Shown: positions 1 through 12,564 of the stretch, one piece after another | How the letters are laid out: every line of letters begins with the position of its first letter | Numbering within the stretch: the stretch's first letter is position 1 | Assembly: GCF_036365525.1 (NCBI RefSeq) | Contig: NC_090380.1 | Span: 77,749,784-77,813,783, forward strand | Direction: 5' to 3' | DNA from: Heterodontus francisci | Taxonomy: Eukaryota | Length of the DNA: 64,000 nucleotides | Translations under genes and position numbers: made by a program | Notes under the pieces: model-generated | Told to the model about the DNA's origin: nothing | Seen by the model: only the letters and a program-made list of their open reading frames with translations | Database searches by the model: none

Positions 1-2680
1 TGCAATAACTTGAAGAGAAAGTCACCAGCATGCCAGTCCTTGGGTATTATAATCTCGAGGAAGAAGTCACTCAGCAATGTGATGCATCTCAAATCAGGAC
101 TTGGAGCAGCATTGCTGCAGAATAGATAATTAGCCACGGATGAACAGCAGCAGAGATGGGATATGCAGTGATTAAGAAAGAACTCCTAGCGATTGTGTTC
201 ACCTCTGACAAATTTGAAGCTTACATCTATGGCTGAAATGTGGTGAATATTGAAATAGATCACCATCCACTAGAATCAATCGTTCTCAAGCCACTAAACA
301 GTGCATCTAAGAGCCTTCAAAGAATGTGAAGTCTCTAAAAATTTTGTCTGAAAGTATCTAATAAGGGGAGAAGATCTTCCTAGCAGAAACACTGAGCAGA
401 GCGTCACTGCCAGATGTTAACCCCTGTGATTCTGTACATGAGCTGAAAGAAATTGATTATTGCAGATCACTTCCAGTTGGAGGTTCACACTGGCAACAAC
501 TTAATCATGCTGCAGCGGATGACCCAGTTCAGAAGCGACTGCATGTTATTATTCTGAAAGACTGGCCTGGAATCAAGTCAGTAGTACTTGAACGCCTCCA
601 TCCTTACTTTGACTTCTGAGATGGACTAACTGTCCAAGGGGATTTGACATTCGGAGGACATCAACTTGCAGCATTGCATAAGGAATTAATGTCAGTCGCT
701 CATTCGACACACATTGGTATAGAAGGTTGTATCCAGAGAGTTTGGGACATCCTTCATTTGCCCAGGATATTAACAGAGCTTAAACAATACATTGCAAACT
801 GTGATATCTATTTGGTTCATTGGAGCTTTCCAAGTAAGAAACGATTAATACATCACAAGATTGTGGCTAGGCCTTGGTCAAAAGTTGAGGCTGATTTTCA
901 TAAGGTACATGGCCGTATCCTACTCATTTTGTTGACTATTACAGTAACTTTATCTCAGTAGCCAGCCTCACTTCTGTCCCTACAAAGAGTTCTGAGGGAA
1001 CTCCAAGAGATGGTTACAAGACTTGAGATACCAGACATCCTAGGAATGAATAACGCTCCATTATTTGCGTCAGCAGAATTTGGTGTTTGCCAAGACGTGG
1101 GGATTTAAATATGTGACACCATCACTTCACTACCTGCAGTCTAATAGCAAAGCCAAGCTAAGAATGCTGGCAAGCCTATCAAATGACTCCTCGTGAAATG
1201 TAAAAGTTCAATCAGAGTTTCTAGCTCTATTAGATTGTCACAATACAATGAAGGTGTAGGTACAAGTCCAGCACAGAGACTTATGGGTCAGAGGTGTAAG
1301 ACATTACTTCCTATATCGGAAACACTCTTACAGCCAAGATATTCAATGGAGGAAGACACTTGTGTGCTTGTCAGCATAAAGCAACATCAGCAGTATTACT
1401 ATGATAGGAGTGCTAAACCACTTCAAGAAATACACGCTGGTGATACAGTGCTGATGAAACTCCATGGTAGGACTGGCTTTACAGGTGAGTGACTGCCCAG
1501 TGCCCATGGTCAATTGACTTTGACAATAATGGCATTGGCCTGAGAAGAACTGGCCTGTCACCAAAGTCTGCTTCCAACAGACTGTCGTGCTCCTGAAGAC
1601 GAGAAAACTTCAAGCTTCAAAAGCAAGTACCCAAACCCATGGATAACACTGAGGATCTTGTGAACCATGTCCTTATCAGTGACGAGCAGTGAATGGAGCT
1701 TCTTGGAAGTTGAAGCTCATGAAAACATGTTTACAATCAACCATCAGAGATAGCAGGCTATCTGCACTGGCCATCTGTCTATCAAGAATGATGTGCTTCA
1801 ACATATCTTGATGAACAAAGCTTTTTTTATATATATAGGTTATTGTTATTTATTAGCTTAGTGTTTAATGTTTAGTTTGTCATTTAACTATATTTTTTGA
1901 TATAATTTATTGCTTAATTTATAAACTTTTGAGATTACAGCTTTATTTCTGCAATTTTCACTAATACTACTACATAATTAAAGAAAGGGCACCAATATAC
2001 ACATTTACCAATGGTGCCATTTTCCATAAAGCCAGTCCTGCTTCCTGGCCACAGTACTTGGACCGCTGGAATTGTACATGTGTGGTGGGTCCTAGAAATA
2101 ACTCTGCAAGTCAGAGACTCTTCACACCGCAGGAATCGCCATTGGTTGGTTGAGGCCGATGAGTCACCTTTAAACAAAATTCCCAACATTGAGGACTTTT
2201 CTGAAACACAGGTCTCCAGTGATCCCCTGAACTATCCACAGTTTCCAAAGAAAGAAACAGCAACACTTGAAACACCTGGTAGTCAGACATCAAAGACTGC
2301 AGATTGGGAAGACATCAGCCTCCATCTCGACTGAAGGACTATTTGTTTTTTTTTTTACAGTGTAGCTTGTGTTTGTGTGCTTTGTTTCAGTTAAATTTCA
2401 GAGTTACTCTGTTTTTTGAAAAAACTCAAATAAGTAGATTGTACATCTTTTTCTTTTAAGATGAAAGATGTGATGCAGGGCCTACTTTTGCTACAGCTGT
2501 GTCCACTCTGAAGCAACATTATGGGATTAATCATGTGACATATCAGGTGATTCCTTTGTTTTCTCTTTCCCCTATGCAGTTCAGTAAGCAGCAAACACTT
2601 GCAGCTCCTAAAACTACATAACTCAACTTGTTATTTTTGTATACATAAATTAAACATGGATATTCTAACAACTTAATGGC
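1..2680 (+). mobile_element. Degenerate Gypsy LTR retrotransposon, 3' part (RNase H/integrase remnants, PPT, probable 3' LTR remnant)
   Basis: Interrupted frames give typical Gypsy pol pieces: CDASQ, YAVIKKELLAIVF, AHSTHIGIEGC...C..C (integrase zinc finger), RPWSKVEADF, SPAQRLMG, RRNRH. A purine tract at about 2458-2468 is followed by TG. Many stops and frameshifts; the 3' end is approximate. Confidence 0.8.
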
Positions 2681-2789
2681 TACACCTACTATTTAAGAGG
2701 AGGTATGGACAGAAAGTACAGTTTGGGATCAAACAGGATGCCAAGCTTCCACCACAATCAGCTGAAAGAATAAATTTATTCTTTTATCA

Positions 2790-3170
2790 AAACCAGAAAA
2801 TGCTGGAAATACTCAGGAGGTCAGGCAGCATCTGTGGAGAGAAAAACAGAGTTAGTGTTTCAGGTCTGTGACCTTTAGTCTGTTTAGTGGCAATAACCTG
2901 GAACTCGCTGCCCATGAGGATGGTGGAAGCGGAGACAATCAATTACTTCAAAAGGAAATTAGATGGCCACTTGGAGGAAATAGACTTGCAGGGCTAGGGA
3001 TCGAGCAAGGTAATGAGACTGACTGGCTAGCTCGTTGGAGAGCTGGCATGGACTCGATGGGAGAATGGCCTCCTTCTGTGCTGTAAATGACTCTCTGACC
3101 TGCTGAGTATTTCCAGCATTTTGTTTTTGTTTCAGATTTCCAGCATCAGCAGTATTTTGCTTTTGTATTA
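2790..3170. repeat. Inverted (head-to-head) Penelope-like terminal fragments with a CR1 3' fragment in the centre
   Basis: The arm CAGAAAATGCTGGAAATACTCAG...GGTCAG at about 2795 is mirrored by CTGACCTGCTGAGTATTTCCAGCATTTT at about 3095. The middle resembles a CR1/HER1 3' end. Confidence 0.7.
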
Positions 3171-3404
3171 CTCCTTTATTTATTTGATCCAACTTGTCAT
3201 CATACCCAAGTGTTCTATACTCTTGGTCCAATCATTATCAAAGCATTAATCACAATTTTATTTAGACCACCCACCAATTTAAATACTTCATAATGTTTCT
3301 CGCTTGATCATCTTTGTTTTAATAATTCGGCTTATTCTACCTAATTTCTTACAAACGATCGAGTCCAAAATTATGTAGCAGTGCCTGTCTATAGCAAAGC
3401 TTAC

Positions 3405-3516
3405 CTCAGCGCGGGTTCCATCAGCGTGATTTTCCTTGTCATCTGAATCTCGCATGTGAACTCGCTGCTGTAAGCGGCCTGAGCGGCGAAGGACTAGGGA
3501 ATGTGAATCAACGGTG
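3405..3516 (-). CDS. Coding exon 3 of the unidentified KEN-box gene (C|TVDSHSLVLRRSGRLQQRVHMRDSDDKENHADGTRAE)
   Basis: Polypyrimidine acceptor ending aaatccag and donor GAG|gtaagc. 112 nt, CpG-retaining, phase-compatible (2 to 0) with the upstream exon. Confidence 0.65.
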
Positions 3517-4117
3517 CTGGATTTATAGAAACAAAACAAAAAATAGCACAAAAGTCCATATTAGCTCTTGCACTAGTCACTTTAATGTAACACGGACTCA
3601 AGAACAATGTATCCATGTACCACCAGGGCAAAGCAGAGAATTCCAATGTACATCACCGTTCGCTCATCCATTCAGAAATACGTGAGTAGAATATTTCCTT
3701 CCATTCAGGAATGCCATCAAGAATTGTAGCAAGATCTGACAGTAGAGAACTACTAATTACAACATTACAAGTGGACTAGTAATAATCCCTATATGAGTGA
3801 TGCAACATCTGACTTGACAGGTTCACAGCCTTGTTGGAACCTACTTTGGCTTCCCGAGACTAGGATCTCCTGGTTCCCTACTTTCAAAAAACAGATACAT
3901 GTTTTGTTATTGTTTTCATGACTAACTGCAAGCATCATTAAGTTTCAATCTCCTATACTTTAGCTGTGGTGTGGTATCCGTAAACATTTTCTGTTTGGTG
4001 TGTTTTTTTAAAGTATGAATATGAAAGAGCAACAGAATAAGATTTCAGTACATCTTCAGACATTCTACAACATTATATTTTGAGCTGAAAATGTTAGTCT
4101 TTTGTGATTTAAAAAAA

Positions 4118-4625
4118 AATGAGGTATGCTACTGGGCTAGTAATCCAGAGGCCTGGACTAATTATCCAGAGAACGCAAGTTAAAAAAAAAACAGAAAATG
4201 CTGGAAATACTCAGCAGGTTTGGCAGCATCTGTGGAGAGAAACAGACTGTAGAGAGAAAGGTCATAGACCTGAAACGTTAACTCTGCTTCTCTCTCCACA
4301 GATGCTGCTAGACCTGCTGAGTATTCCCAGCACTTTCTGCTTCTATTTCAGGTTTCCAACATCCGCAGTATTTTGCTTTTGTAACATATGTTCAAATGCC
4401 ACCATGAATTCAGTTTAAAATATCTGGAAATAAGCTGTCATGAAGCAGTCAGATCGTCCTCTTAGAAAAACATATTGGTTCACTAACATCCTTTTGAAAA
4501 AGGAACCTCTATGCAGTATAGACTATGTGACTGCAGTCCCACACCAACGTAGTTAGCTAAGTGTCCTCTGAAATTGTCTAGCAGTCACGCTGTCAGGATT
4601 GCCAACAAATGCCAGCCTCTTGCAA
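4118..4625 (+). mobile_element. Degenerate SacSINE1/DeuSINE-type SINE interrupted by a short inverted Penelope-end hairpin (about 4190-4382)
   Basis: Head CTAGTAATCCAGAGGCCTGGACTAA resumes after the insert (GTTCAAATGCCACCATG...TGGTTCACTAA...GTCCCACACCAACGT). The insert is self-complementary. Confidence 0.65.
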
Positions 4626-4670
4626 GCATTCCGCCATGTCGAAAACAATAAAAACAACAGGGATTCTTAC

Positions 4671-4768
4671 CATTGCTTTCTAATAGAGATCCGATGTTGT
4701 CCCAAAAATCTTTGCTGGCACTTGATGGCTGGAATGGTTTCTTTGTTGGTCAATTTTGCAGATTGGAT
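4671..4768 (-). CDS. Coding exon 2 of the unidentified gene (IQSAKLTNKETIPAIKCQQRFLGQHRISIRKQ)
   Basis: tatag acceptor (weak pyrimidine tract) and strong donor TG|gtaaga. 98 nt open frame, phases 0 to 2 consistent with both neighbours. Confidence 0.55.
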
Positions 4769-4879
4769 CTATAACCTCACAGCTTTCACAACACCGTGTT
4801 TTTGATGTCAAGTCTCCTTTCGATTTTAACCTCGAGCTCCAAGATGACTACATTCCGTACAAAATATATACATTTTTAC

Positions 4880-5041
4880 CTCTCTTTCCATTTGTATCAA
4901 TTCATATATATTACATCGGTACACATGGATCACATTTAATTTGCTGCTCAAAGCATTCGAACAATAAAGATAATTAAAAGTCAAATTCACGTTCCGCCCA
5001 CCCACGGGACAATTTCCTTTGTAAAGCTTCTTTAGTTCCAT
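4880..5041 (-). CDS. Coding exon 1 of the unidentified gene (MELKKLYKG...ELIQMERE); exon acceptor at about 5071
   Basis: ATG at 5041, 54 open codons, donor GAG|gtaaaa. The true start could be the later Met (MERE). Confidence 0.5.
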
Positions 5042-5243
5042 GAAATCGCCCTTTCGGTGTTTTATCTATTCCTAGATATTTAAAATAATATTTTATTATT
5101 TGGATAAAGAGGTAACTGAACACAGCCTCCGACAACATTCATTCAGTTTCACAGGCATTGCCGCTGATATGTCAGGACATTAACCAGACAAATTTCAGCA
5201 GAATGATGAAATGGAGAGACCCGGGGCTGCTTTCTAACGTTAC

Positions 5244-5560
5244 CCGAGTGAGCAGCAGCACAGCCGGGAGTTATAGGGAACGCCGAGACCTCAGCACCCG
5301 CATTTCGTCAATTTCAAACAGACCGCCACCAGAAGCGGAACCAGAACCAGTTCCACCACCGATACCATTCCTCGCGGCAGCTTCTCCCGGTCCGCCTTAT
5401 TACTTTTCCCCACTGATGCTCTTCCGGTTATTACCGTGGAAACGGTTCCCCCGCCTAGTTTCAACTTGCAGACTTTCCCCGCTCGGCAAAGCTTTCAGAG
5501 GCTGAAGTCTGGGGCGAGGTGCCGCTAAATTGGCAGCGTGTTCAGAACCTGCTTTGAACG
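5244..5560 (-). promoter_or_regulatory. CpG-island promoter and probable non-coding first exon, with a CDE/CHR element (TGGCGG-tctg-TTTGAA, 5328-5313) and an ETS-like CCGGAAG motif
   Basis: CpG-rich island in CpG-depleted surroundings. Donor CTCGG|gtaacg at 5243. The CDE and CHR are separated by the canonical 4 nt. Confidence 0.7.
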
Positions 5561-8500
5561 GTCACACATTGTTCATTGTATTTTTGTGAGACAAATGAAC
5601 ATCGGGAAGCTTAGTTATGAGGCTTTATATTTAAAATGAGGCTGGCTGTTCAGAGAGGGGGCCAATTGGAAGGCCTGACTTTTACTGTCTCCACGAATAT
5701 CGCCGTCCTGAGAAAGCTTCTCCAAGAGAACTACTAATACCTTTAGGAAATTCAACTCTCACTTTGTCGCCTGCAAGGAAAATCCTCCTGCAATCTTGCA
5801 ACCATTGCCAGAACATCTCTAGTGCTTACTGTCGGCAGCTTTATAACACAGCTGTCAGGTTCAGAGAACTGTCGGAAGTGATAATTTCACAAAGTGAAAC
5901 TCATGGCAAACTCATTTAAACATATAAGTCTTTGTTTATTCTATTAAGATTGAACCATATCAAATTGGGCCACATTGTCAGCTTGAAATCAATGACTCGC
6001 ATTTGGGGAGATCTGCTGTAAGTACTTCCATATTGAAGTTATTCTAGATTCAACTCCCGTACTGTCTCCCATCTCCAAGTTTCTTTGAAATTACTTCAAA
6101 TGATTTACTGTTCCTAAGTACATTACCGTATTTCCTGCTTTATTAAATATTTCCAACTCTTCCGGTCCAACTCTGTTTCTGTTGGCAGATTGGTCATTCA
6201 GTAAAAGTTTATATATTCAGGAGAAGGTAAAAAAAAATCGAGAAAAATTTGGCTTTTAAAAATAGCTTGATTGATAATGTTTCTTCACGTGGAATAGTTA
6301 TCCGTGTTAATTAGTCTGTCAGACACTAATAAGAAATTAAAATAATTTCATGAAGATGGCATGAATCTGCATAAAGAGCTGTATTTCCTTCCCCTTTCTG
6401 ACATACTGAAAATTGTTACATTGTGATGGACTTTTCCCATATCTTGGGTCACGACTTGTATTTCAGAATGGGGCAATAGAAACGCAAATGGGACAAGACA
6501 TGCTGCCAAGGATATGACTGTATAATTAATTAGCAAATTAGAAGCGATTCAATGTAGTAATAACTGTAATAAGGAAGTAAAATCAAAGCATTATATTGTA
6601 GATTGTATGTGAGAATAATGAACAAAAGTTGCATGTTGCAAACTGTGTGTGTACTAAACTAAGTAAAAATCAACAAAAACAGTGAGGTGAAACATGAGCA
6701 TTATTCAACTTACTTGTAAAATGCCTCGAATTCAGTCTAAAATGTTCAACACAGTATTGCCTATTAGAACATCTTCATTAAGATAAAGTTTAATAAAATT
6801 CATATACTATAATGAAGTGTCTGCTTTATATTTTATTTAATTAAAATTTTGCTACAGAGTTTAAAACTTTGGAAAGCTTTGCATGAAGTCTAAAGAGTTT
6901 GGATACCAACACTAGTGGAGAGCCACAGGCCAAATCTCCCAGCTTGCAGGTTGAAACTATGCCAACCAATCAGTCACTCTGATGTGTAGAGACTTACATT
7001 CCCTTCTTATCTTTCAATTACTTAAATGGAATAAGTTCCCCCAAGTTTCAGTAATGCTGGAAGAGACTAGACTGAACTTGAACTCATTTAATCACATTGC
7101 AAATAGCTACAACTCCACATAGCCACTTAAGTCTTCATTAGAGGTAGTAGTTGTTGCATATAGTCAGGAGAAACATGATTGCTTTTTGACAGTTGCAATA
7201 CAAAGGCCTAGCTAAATCTGCTCGTAGTTAATAATTTAGTTATGTATTATCTACAGATCTATCTCCTGGAGCCAAGCACAACTTTTTTTTTTGTTGGTAG
7301 GTAGTTAGTACTTAAATCATTTTGGTGATCATTATGTTGTTTGGTGGAATTTGCATAATTTCCTGACAGGGAAGACTCAGTCTCACATATGTTCAATTCA
7401 ATTCCAGCAGTTCAGTTTAATAGCATTTGAGATTCATGAAACATGCATCACTTTAAGTGATACTTCAGCATTCCAATAAGCACAGTCTGAAGTGAAATGA
7501 AAGGTCACATATTCTAGAAACTGTGACTGCAATCTTAGAATATAAACTCTTTTTTGTTAGAGAATAAAGACAATTGACAGTACAATTGAAGGTTATAAAA
7601 TAACTATGCTTGCTATATCTTTTGGCATATGATTTTACAAACAATAGCACAATTCTCACATTAAAACACTTTAGTAAAGTTTTCATGAACATAATTGTTA
7701 TTACACACACTAGGTGTGGTCACATCTATTTCCTTTCTGCCTTTCCAACATGTGAAGTTTTCTTCATTATATAATGTGTACTGACAAGTAAACTTTGAAA
7801 CCTCAGAAGTACATTTGTTACTTTGTTTTATTTTTCACTACCCTGTTCAATGAATATTTCATAACAGCATATTCTCAGAATGATCAGTTCACACCCATCC
7901 AGGAATTATGCATTCTGGATGCTCGCTTATAATAGACCTTCATATAGAAGCACAGAGGTTTGAAGTTTACAGCACTGAATGGGACTATTTGACTCATTGG
8001 GGGTAATTTTATCCTCCAGAAATGTGTGGGAAGTTCAAATATAGAAAATCAGAACCCAAGCCACCTCAAACCCGCCTACTTCCAGTTTTAACAGAGGTGG
8101 GAAAAGGGGCAGGTGACCAAATGCTCTCAGAAAGCAAGTTGGTCATTAAAACATTTTCAGGAGGCAACATAACTCCATTTTAAAAGGTTTCTATTTTTAC
8201 TTCATGTTGGTTGGATTTCCCAGACCTCAGGAAACCAGCAGGTAAAAGGAGGCAACAAGGGCTGTATCTGTGAGATGTGCCTTTATAGCACTGCTTGTGG
8301 GCCTGGAGGAGCAGGAGTGTTTCCTCTAGGCCCAACAAGCTAACCCTGTAAATTTCCACCACCACCCCCCCCCCCCAATCTCCCCCATTCACCCACATGA
8401 TTACCAGGCCCCACATCACTGACCCCCTAAATAGCTGCATCCCCTGCTCCCAATCTCCAGGATACCTCTGCTCTCCCAACATCTCTCCCCACCCCCATCA

Positions 8501-9919
8501 TTGTTAAACCTACTTCCAGTCTTTCCAGACAGACAGGCAGACAGCTAGCCTGATTGGCAAAAAAAATCAAACACACCCTGCAATTTAAACTCCAGGATAT
8601 TCAGAAAAATTCACTCTGGATTTTCCACCATAACTCCTTCCCATTTCATCCCCACTCCCTACCCCAGCTCTGAGTGTGCACTTCAGTAAATATTAGGGCC
8701 ATTGAGCAGAATTTTCGCCCAGCGAGCTGCAATGTAGCGCAGTGAAGACTTCACCTTTAAGAAACTGTACCTTTACAAGATCAGGCCACTGATGCAACTG
8801 TAGACATCATCAGGCATTTGTAAGGAGGCAACACCATTTTGACAGACTCACTCAATTCGAGGCTTTACAGAGGGCAGACACACACCAGCAAAGATAAGAC
8901 CGGCACCTGAAATCATGCAATCCTGATGAGTAAGACAATAAATAGTGTTTGCATTGAATTCTAATATAAAGCCTGTGGTTGTCATTTACAGAAAACTTAA
9001 GAACACAGCACAACATTACAATTTCTGGTGACAAGGATGGAATCTGATCCTTTTACTCTTTTCTCTCCTTAAATCCCTGTATCATGCTTTGCTTCAAATG
9101 TTTATCCACTTTTCCTTCAACAGATGCAATGGTCTTAGCCTCAACTACTGGAACATACAACACTATGAATTGAATGCTCAGCTCACCACTAGAGCACAAA
9201 TGCTATGGCAAGTGTTGCAAGCATCACTGATAGCAATCATATGTTTTTAATAATACTTTAATTTATAGTGCCTTAACATATTGGAACATCTCAAATAATT
9301 ATTTTTGAAGTGCAGGAACGATTGTTCTGTAGGCAAAATGCACCATAGTCCCACAAACAGCTGGGGTGTTTGGCCTGCTTTTTGCAGGTGCTGCTGAAGG
9401 GGGGAATGTTGTCTAGGACAGCAGGAAAACTCCCTATCTTTCTTTGAATATTGCTATCTTTAACTTTCACCTGAACCACTGTAACCGAGAGGTATGATTT
9501 CAGTTCATCATATCTTCGGAAGGATAACAGCTTCTTGGTACCCTCAAGACTGCATTAGAGAATCAGCCTAGTGACCTAACACCAAGGTAGGAAGTTCCAA
9601 ACCATGAGATTCTGACTCACAAAGGTCCCAGCTAAGTATCGATTGAACCAAAGTGACCTTCTCTGAAATAGTAACACCAAGAAGCTAATAGCTGTGCATC
9701 AAAGATTGACCTTCATGACACTGTACTCTGATTTCTAAACCCCACCCTGAAGAAAAATAGTAGAAATGGCCTGCCCCAGATAACCAGCCGAGTGTTAATT
9801 TTACAGCAAAACAACAGTTGAAGAAAACAAAAATAAATTAGATTAATTTGCCACATAAAAGGACTTTTATCCTTCAACTAATTCATAGTACCTGACCTGA
9901 AAGTTTCAAAGGAAAAAAG

Positions 9920-11088
9920 AAAGACTTGCAGTAACATAGCACCTTTCATGACCACCAGACATCTCAAAGTGCTTTACAGCCACTGAAGTACTTTTGAAGA
10001 GTAGTCACTGTTGTAATGTAGGAAATACAGCAGCTAATGTGTGCACAGCAAGATCCCACAAACAGCAATGTGATAATGATCAGGTAATCTGTTTTTGGGA
10101 TGTTGATTGGGAGATAAATATTGGCTAGGATACTGGGGATAACTTCCCCTCCACTTCTTTGTAATAGTCTCATGGGATCTTTTACACTCACCTGAGAGGG
10201 TACACCAGGGCCAGAATTTTACGGCCACCCCAACGAGCGGGCTAGTGGTGAGGGGGTCATAAAATTGAGTGGGAGCGGGGACGGGGGGGTGGGGGGGGTC
10301 CGTTCCCGATGCCTTCCCACCTCCGCTGCAATTTTACGCCAGGCGGCAAGAAACGGCCTGCCCGCCCCAGGCCAATCAAGGCCCTGAAGTGGCCAATTAA
10401 TTGCTACTTAAGGGCCTCCTCCCGCCGTTACGGGTATTTTATCTGCGGGGGCTAGACGGCAAAGGCCCCAAGAACCCTGTCTGGTAAAACCAGGTGACCT
10501 TCTTGCGGGCTGGAGAGGGCCCTCCTGATTAGGCACCCTGTGCCCCACAGAGGACCGCCCCCGAAGCCCCAACCAGCCCCAAAGCACAACACTTCCTCCC
10601 ACCCCTAAATGACCCCCCTTGCCTCACCAGGGCCCAACCAATTGTCCCCAGTGAGGCCCCAAAAACTTATCATCCTGTGGAAGCCGCCCTTCCTTATCCT
10701 GCTGAAGCTGGGTGTAGTCCCAGTACTGGCCACCGCTCCCGGTGGCGCTGCTGGGACTAAGAGCTGCCAGCCCACTGATCGGCCGGCAGTTCCATTAAGC
10801 AGGACTTCCTGCCTCAAGGAGGTGAAAGTCCCACCTAGGACCAATTAAGGGCCTGGGGAGCGAAAAATCCCGGTGTGGCTCCCCAGGCCCGGCAGAGGCA
10901 GGCTTGCCACTGACTTTTCAGCCGTTGGGCAGGCCTTCTGTCCAACGTAAAATTCTGGCCCAGGTCTCAGTTTAACATTCCATCCAAAAGACAGCATCTC
11001 CAACAGTACAGCACTGAAATACTGAACTCCTAGAACCTTCTGATTCAGAGAGACAAGTGTGCTACCAACTTAGCCACAGCTGACATAT
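9920..11088 (-). mobile_element. SacSINE1/DeuSINE-type SINE split by a MITE
   Basis: Contains CTCAAAGTGCTTTACAGCC...AAGATCCCACAAACAGCAATG...CATGGGATCTTTTAC and resumes at 10961 (GTCTCAGTTTAACATTCCATCCAAAAGACAGC). A more degraded copy lies at about 9230-9640. Confidence 0.75.
10209..10960. mobile_element. PIF/Harbinger-type non-autonomous DNA transposon (MITE)
   Basis: Perfect 15-bp TIRs GGCCAGAATTTTACG / CGTAAAATTCTGGCC, 3-bp CAG target-site duplication, GC-rich non-coding interior. Confidence 0.8.
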
Positions 11089-12330
11089 GCAAATAGTTCT
11101 GAAGTTCTCAAATAACTAGCATTGTGCAGAACATTCCAGTCTTAGTTCTGTCCCACGTAACTAGCAGCACAAATCTCAATTTTAAATCATATTTGCTTGT
11201 TGTGTAAATTTGTCATTAGTGTGTAAAAGCACGGTGGGTAGCCCACAAGGTCTCCAGTGTGATATACCATTGTTAAGGGATATAAAAGCACAGCTTCTGC
11301 ACTGCCATATCATTTTCATTTAAAATAAAATATTTTTAACATTCCTGAGAGATATCTGTTCTGTGAATAGAAGTTCTTTTTCCAGTGTCAACAAGGACTC
11401 CCAGGTTAAGTGCAGAATGAATTTAAGGCAAGGAAAGATTCCTTTTGGAACCTTAACCCTGCCTCCCCTGCCACCACGCCCCCACTTCCCCCCAACACCC
11501 CCAACCCCAAGTCTTAGAAGGGCATCTCATAATATCTCAGTAGAGTTATGATAAATAGATTTTTCTTAAAGAGCACAACTGCTTTATTTTCATGTTAATA
11601 TCGCAGAAACTTTTATTAAAAAGAGTTTTTCCCTTCCTAATGTTACCACCTCACAATTTTTCAGCTGAGTACACAGGCAATTAGGAGGAAAGCAACCTGC
11701 TGCCAGACTTCTGTCCATATTCTGTAGCAATCACTAGACGATACATGAGAGCAAACCTGATTGAGTTACCTCCCCTCCCCTATCCAAAGTGTCCAGTCTA
11801 AACTCTGAGTTTTCCTAAGACAACATCATCAAAAATGCATACCAGTGAGAACTGCAGGAATAACATTCACCTACTACACAGGGGTGAAACCTGTTGACAG
11901 ATACATGTAATATGCTACAACAATATATCCTTTAAATTTCTGACATGAGATTACCCGATCATAATCAGATTCTGACCTTAAAAACAAATTCCTGATCTAA
12001 GTAGATTATGACCATGCTCCTATTTATTCCTACAGTCACATGACATACCTCTCATCTACAAGTCTGGTTTTCAACTTTCTTTTATCCGTCCTGCCTTATT
12101 ACACAAGTGTAAAGCTGTAGTCTTGATCAAATATATATCATGCTACAACATTATAATTCCTGTCTAGTTTATGTGATAAATAAAATACAACTTTCAAGTA
12201 GCTTAGGGTTTGTAGTAATATATTTTAAAAAGTCTTAGCTGGCCTAAATGTAATCTATATGCTATGTATTTACTTAAGAGTATTGGATTGAATACAACAA
12301 TAATAAAACTGGGATCAAAACACTAAAACT

Positions 12331-12564
12331 TCATACAATCAGACGAGAAAATCTATTTGCTGCTTTTTTCCTACTAAACATATTAACAAGGCTCTTTTTC
12401 TCTTGTTTTGGCTCTGGAGACTTGCACATATTGATGAGAGGGACAGGCTTTGACCTATGCTCTGTCACATTGTATGAACAGGTTTTCAGATGTTCTGCCA
12501 TGCTGGGGATGTCACTAAACCTCCAGTTGTCAATGGTAGAGAAGACAGAGCTGAACTGCCACTT
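12331..12564 (-). CDS. fbxo40: F-box only protein 40-like, last coding exon (KWQFSSVFSTIDNWRFSDIPSMAEHLKTCSYN...RLIV*)
   Basis: Acceptor ttttattacag, phase 0, 78 codons including the TGA. Matches the FBXO40/FBXO30 C-terminal pattern W.FS..FS....W.F....SM.EHLK.C. Confidence 0.92.
   Translation of the reverse strand, partial: KWQFSSVFSTIDNWRFSDIPSMAEHLKTCSYNVTEHRSKPVPLINMCKSPEPKQEKKSLVNMFSRKKAANRFSRLIV

Noticed and set aside
5158-5505. Plus-strand proline-rich ORF
   Set aside because: Chance ORF in a GC-rich promoter; the splice signals point to the minus strand.
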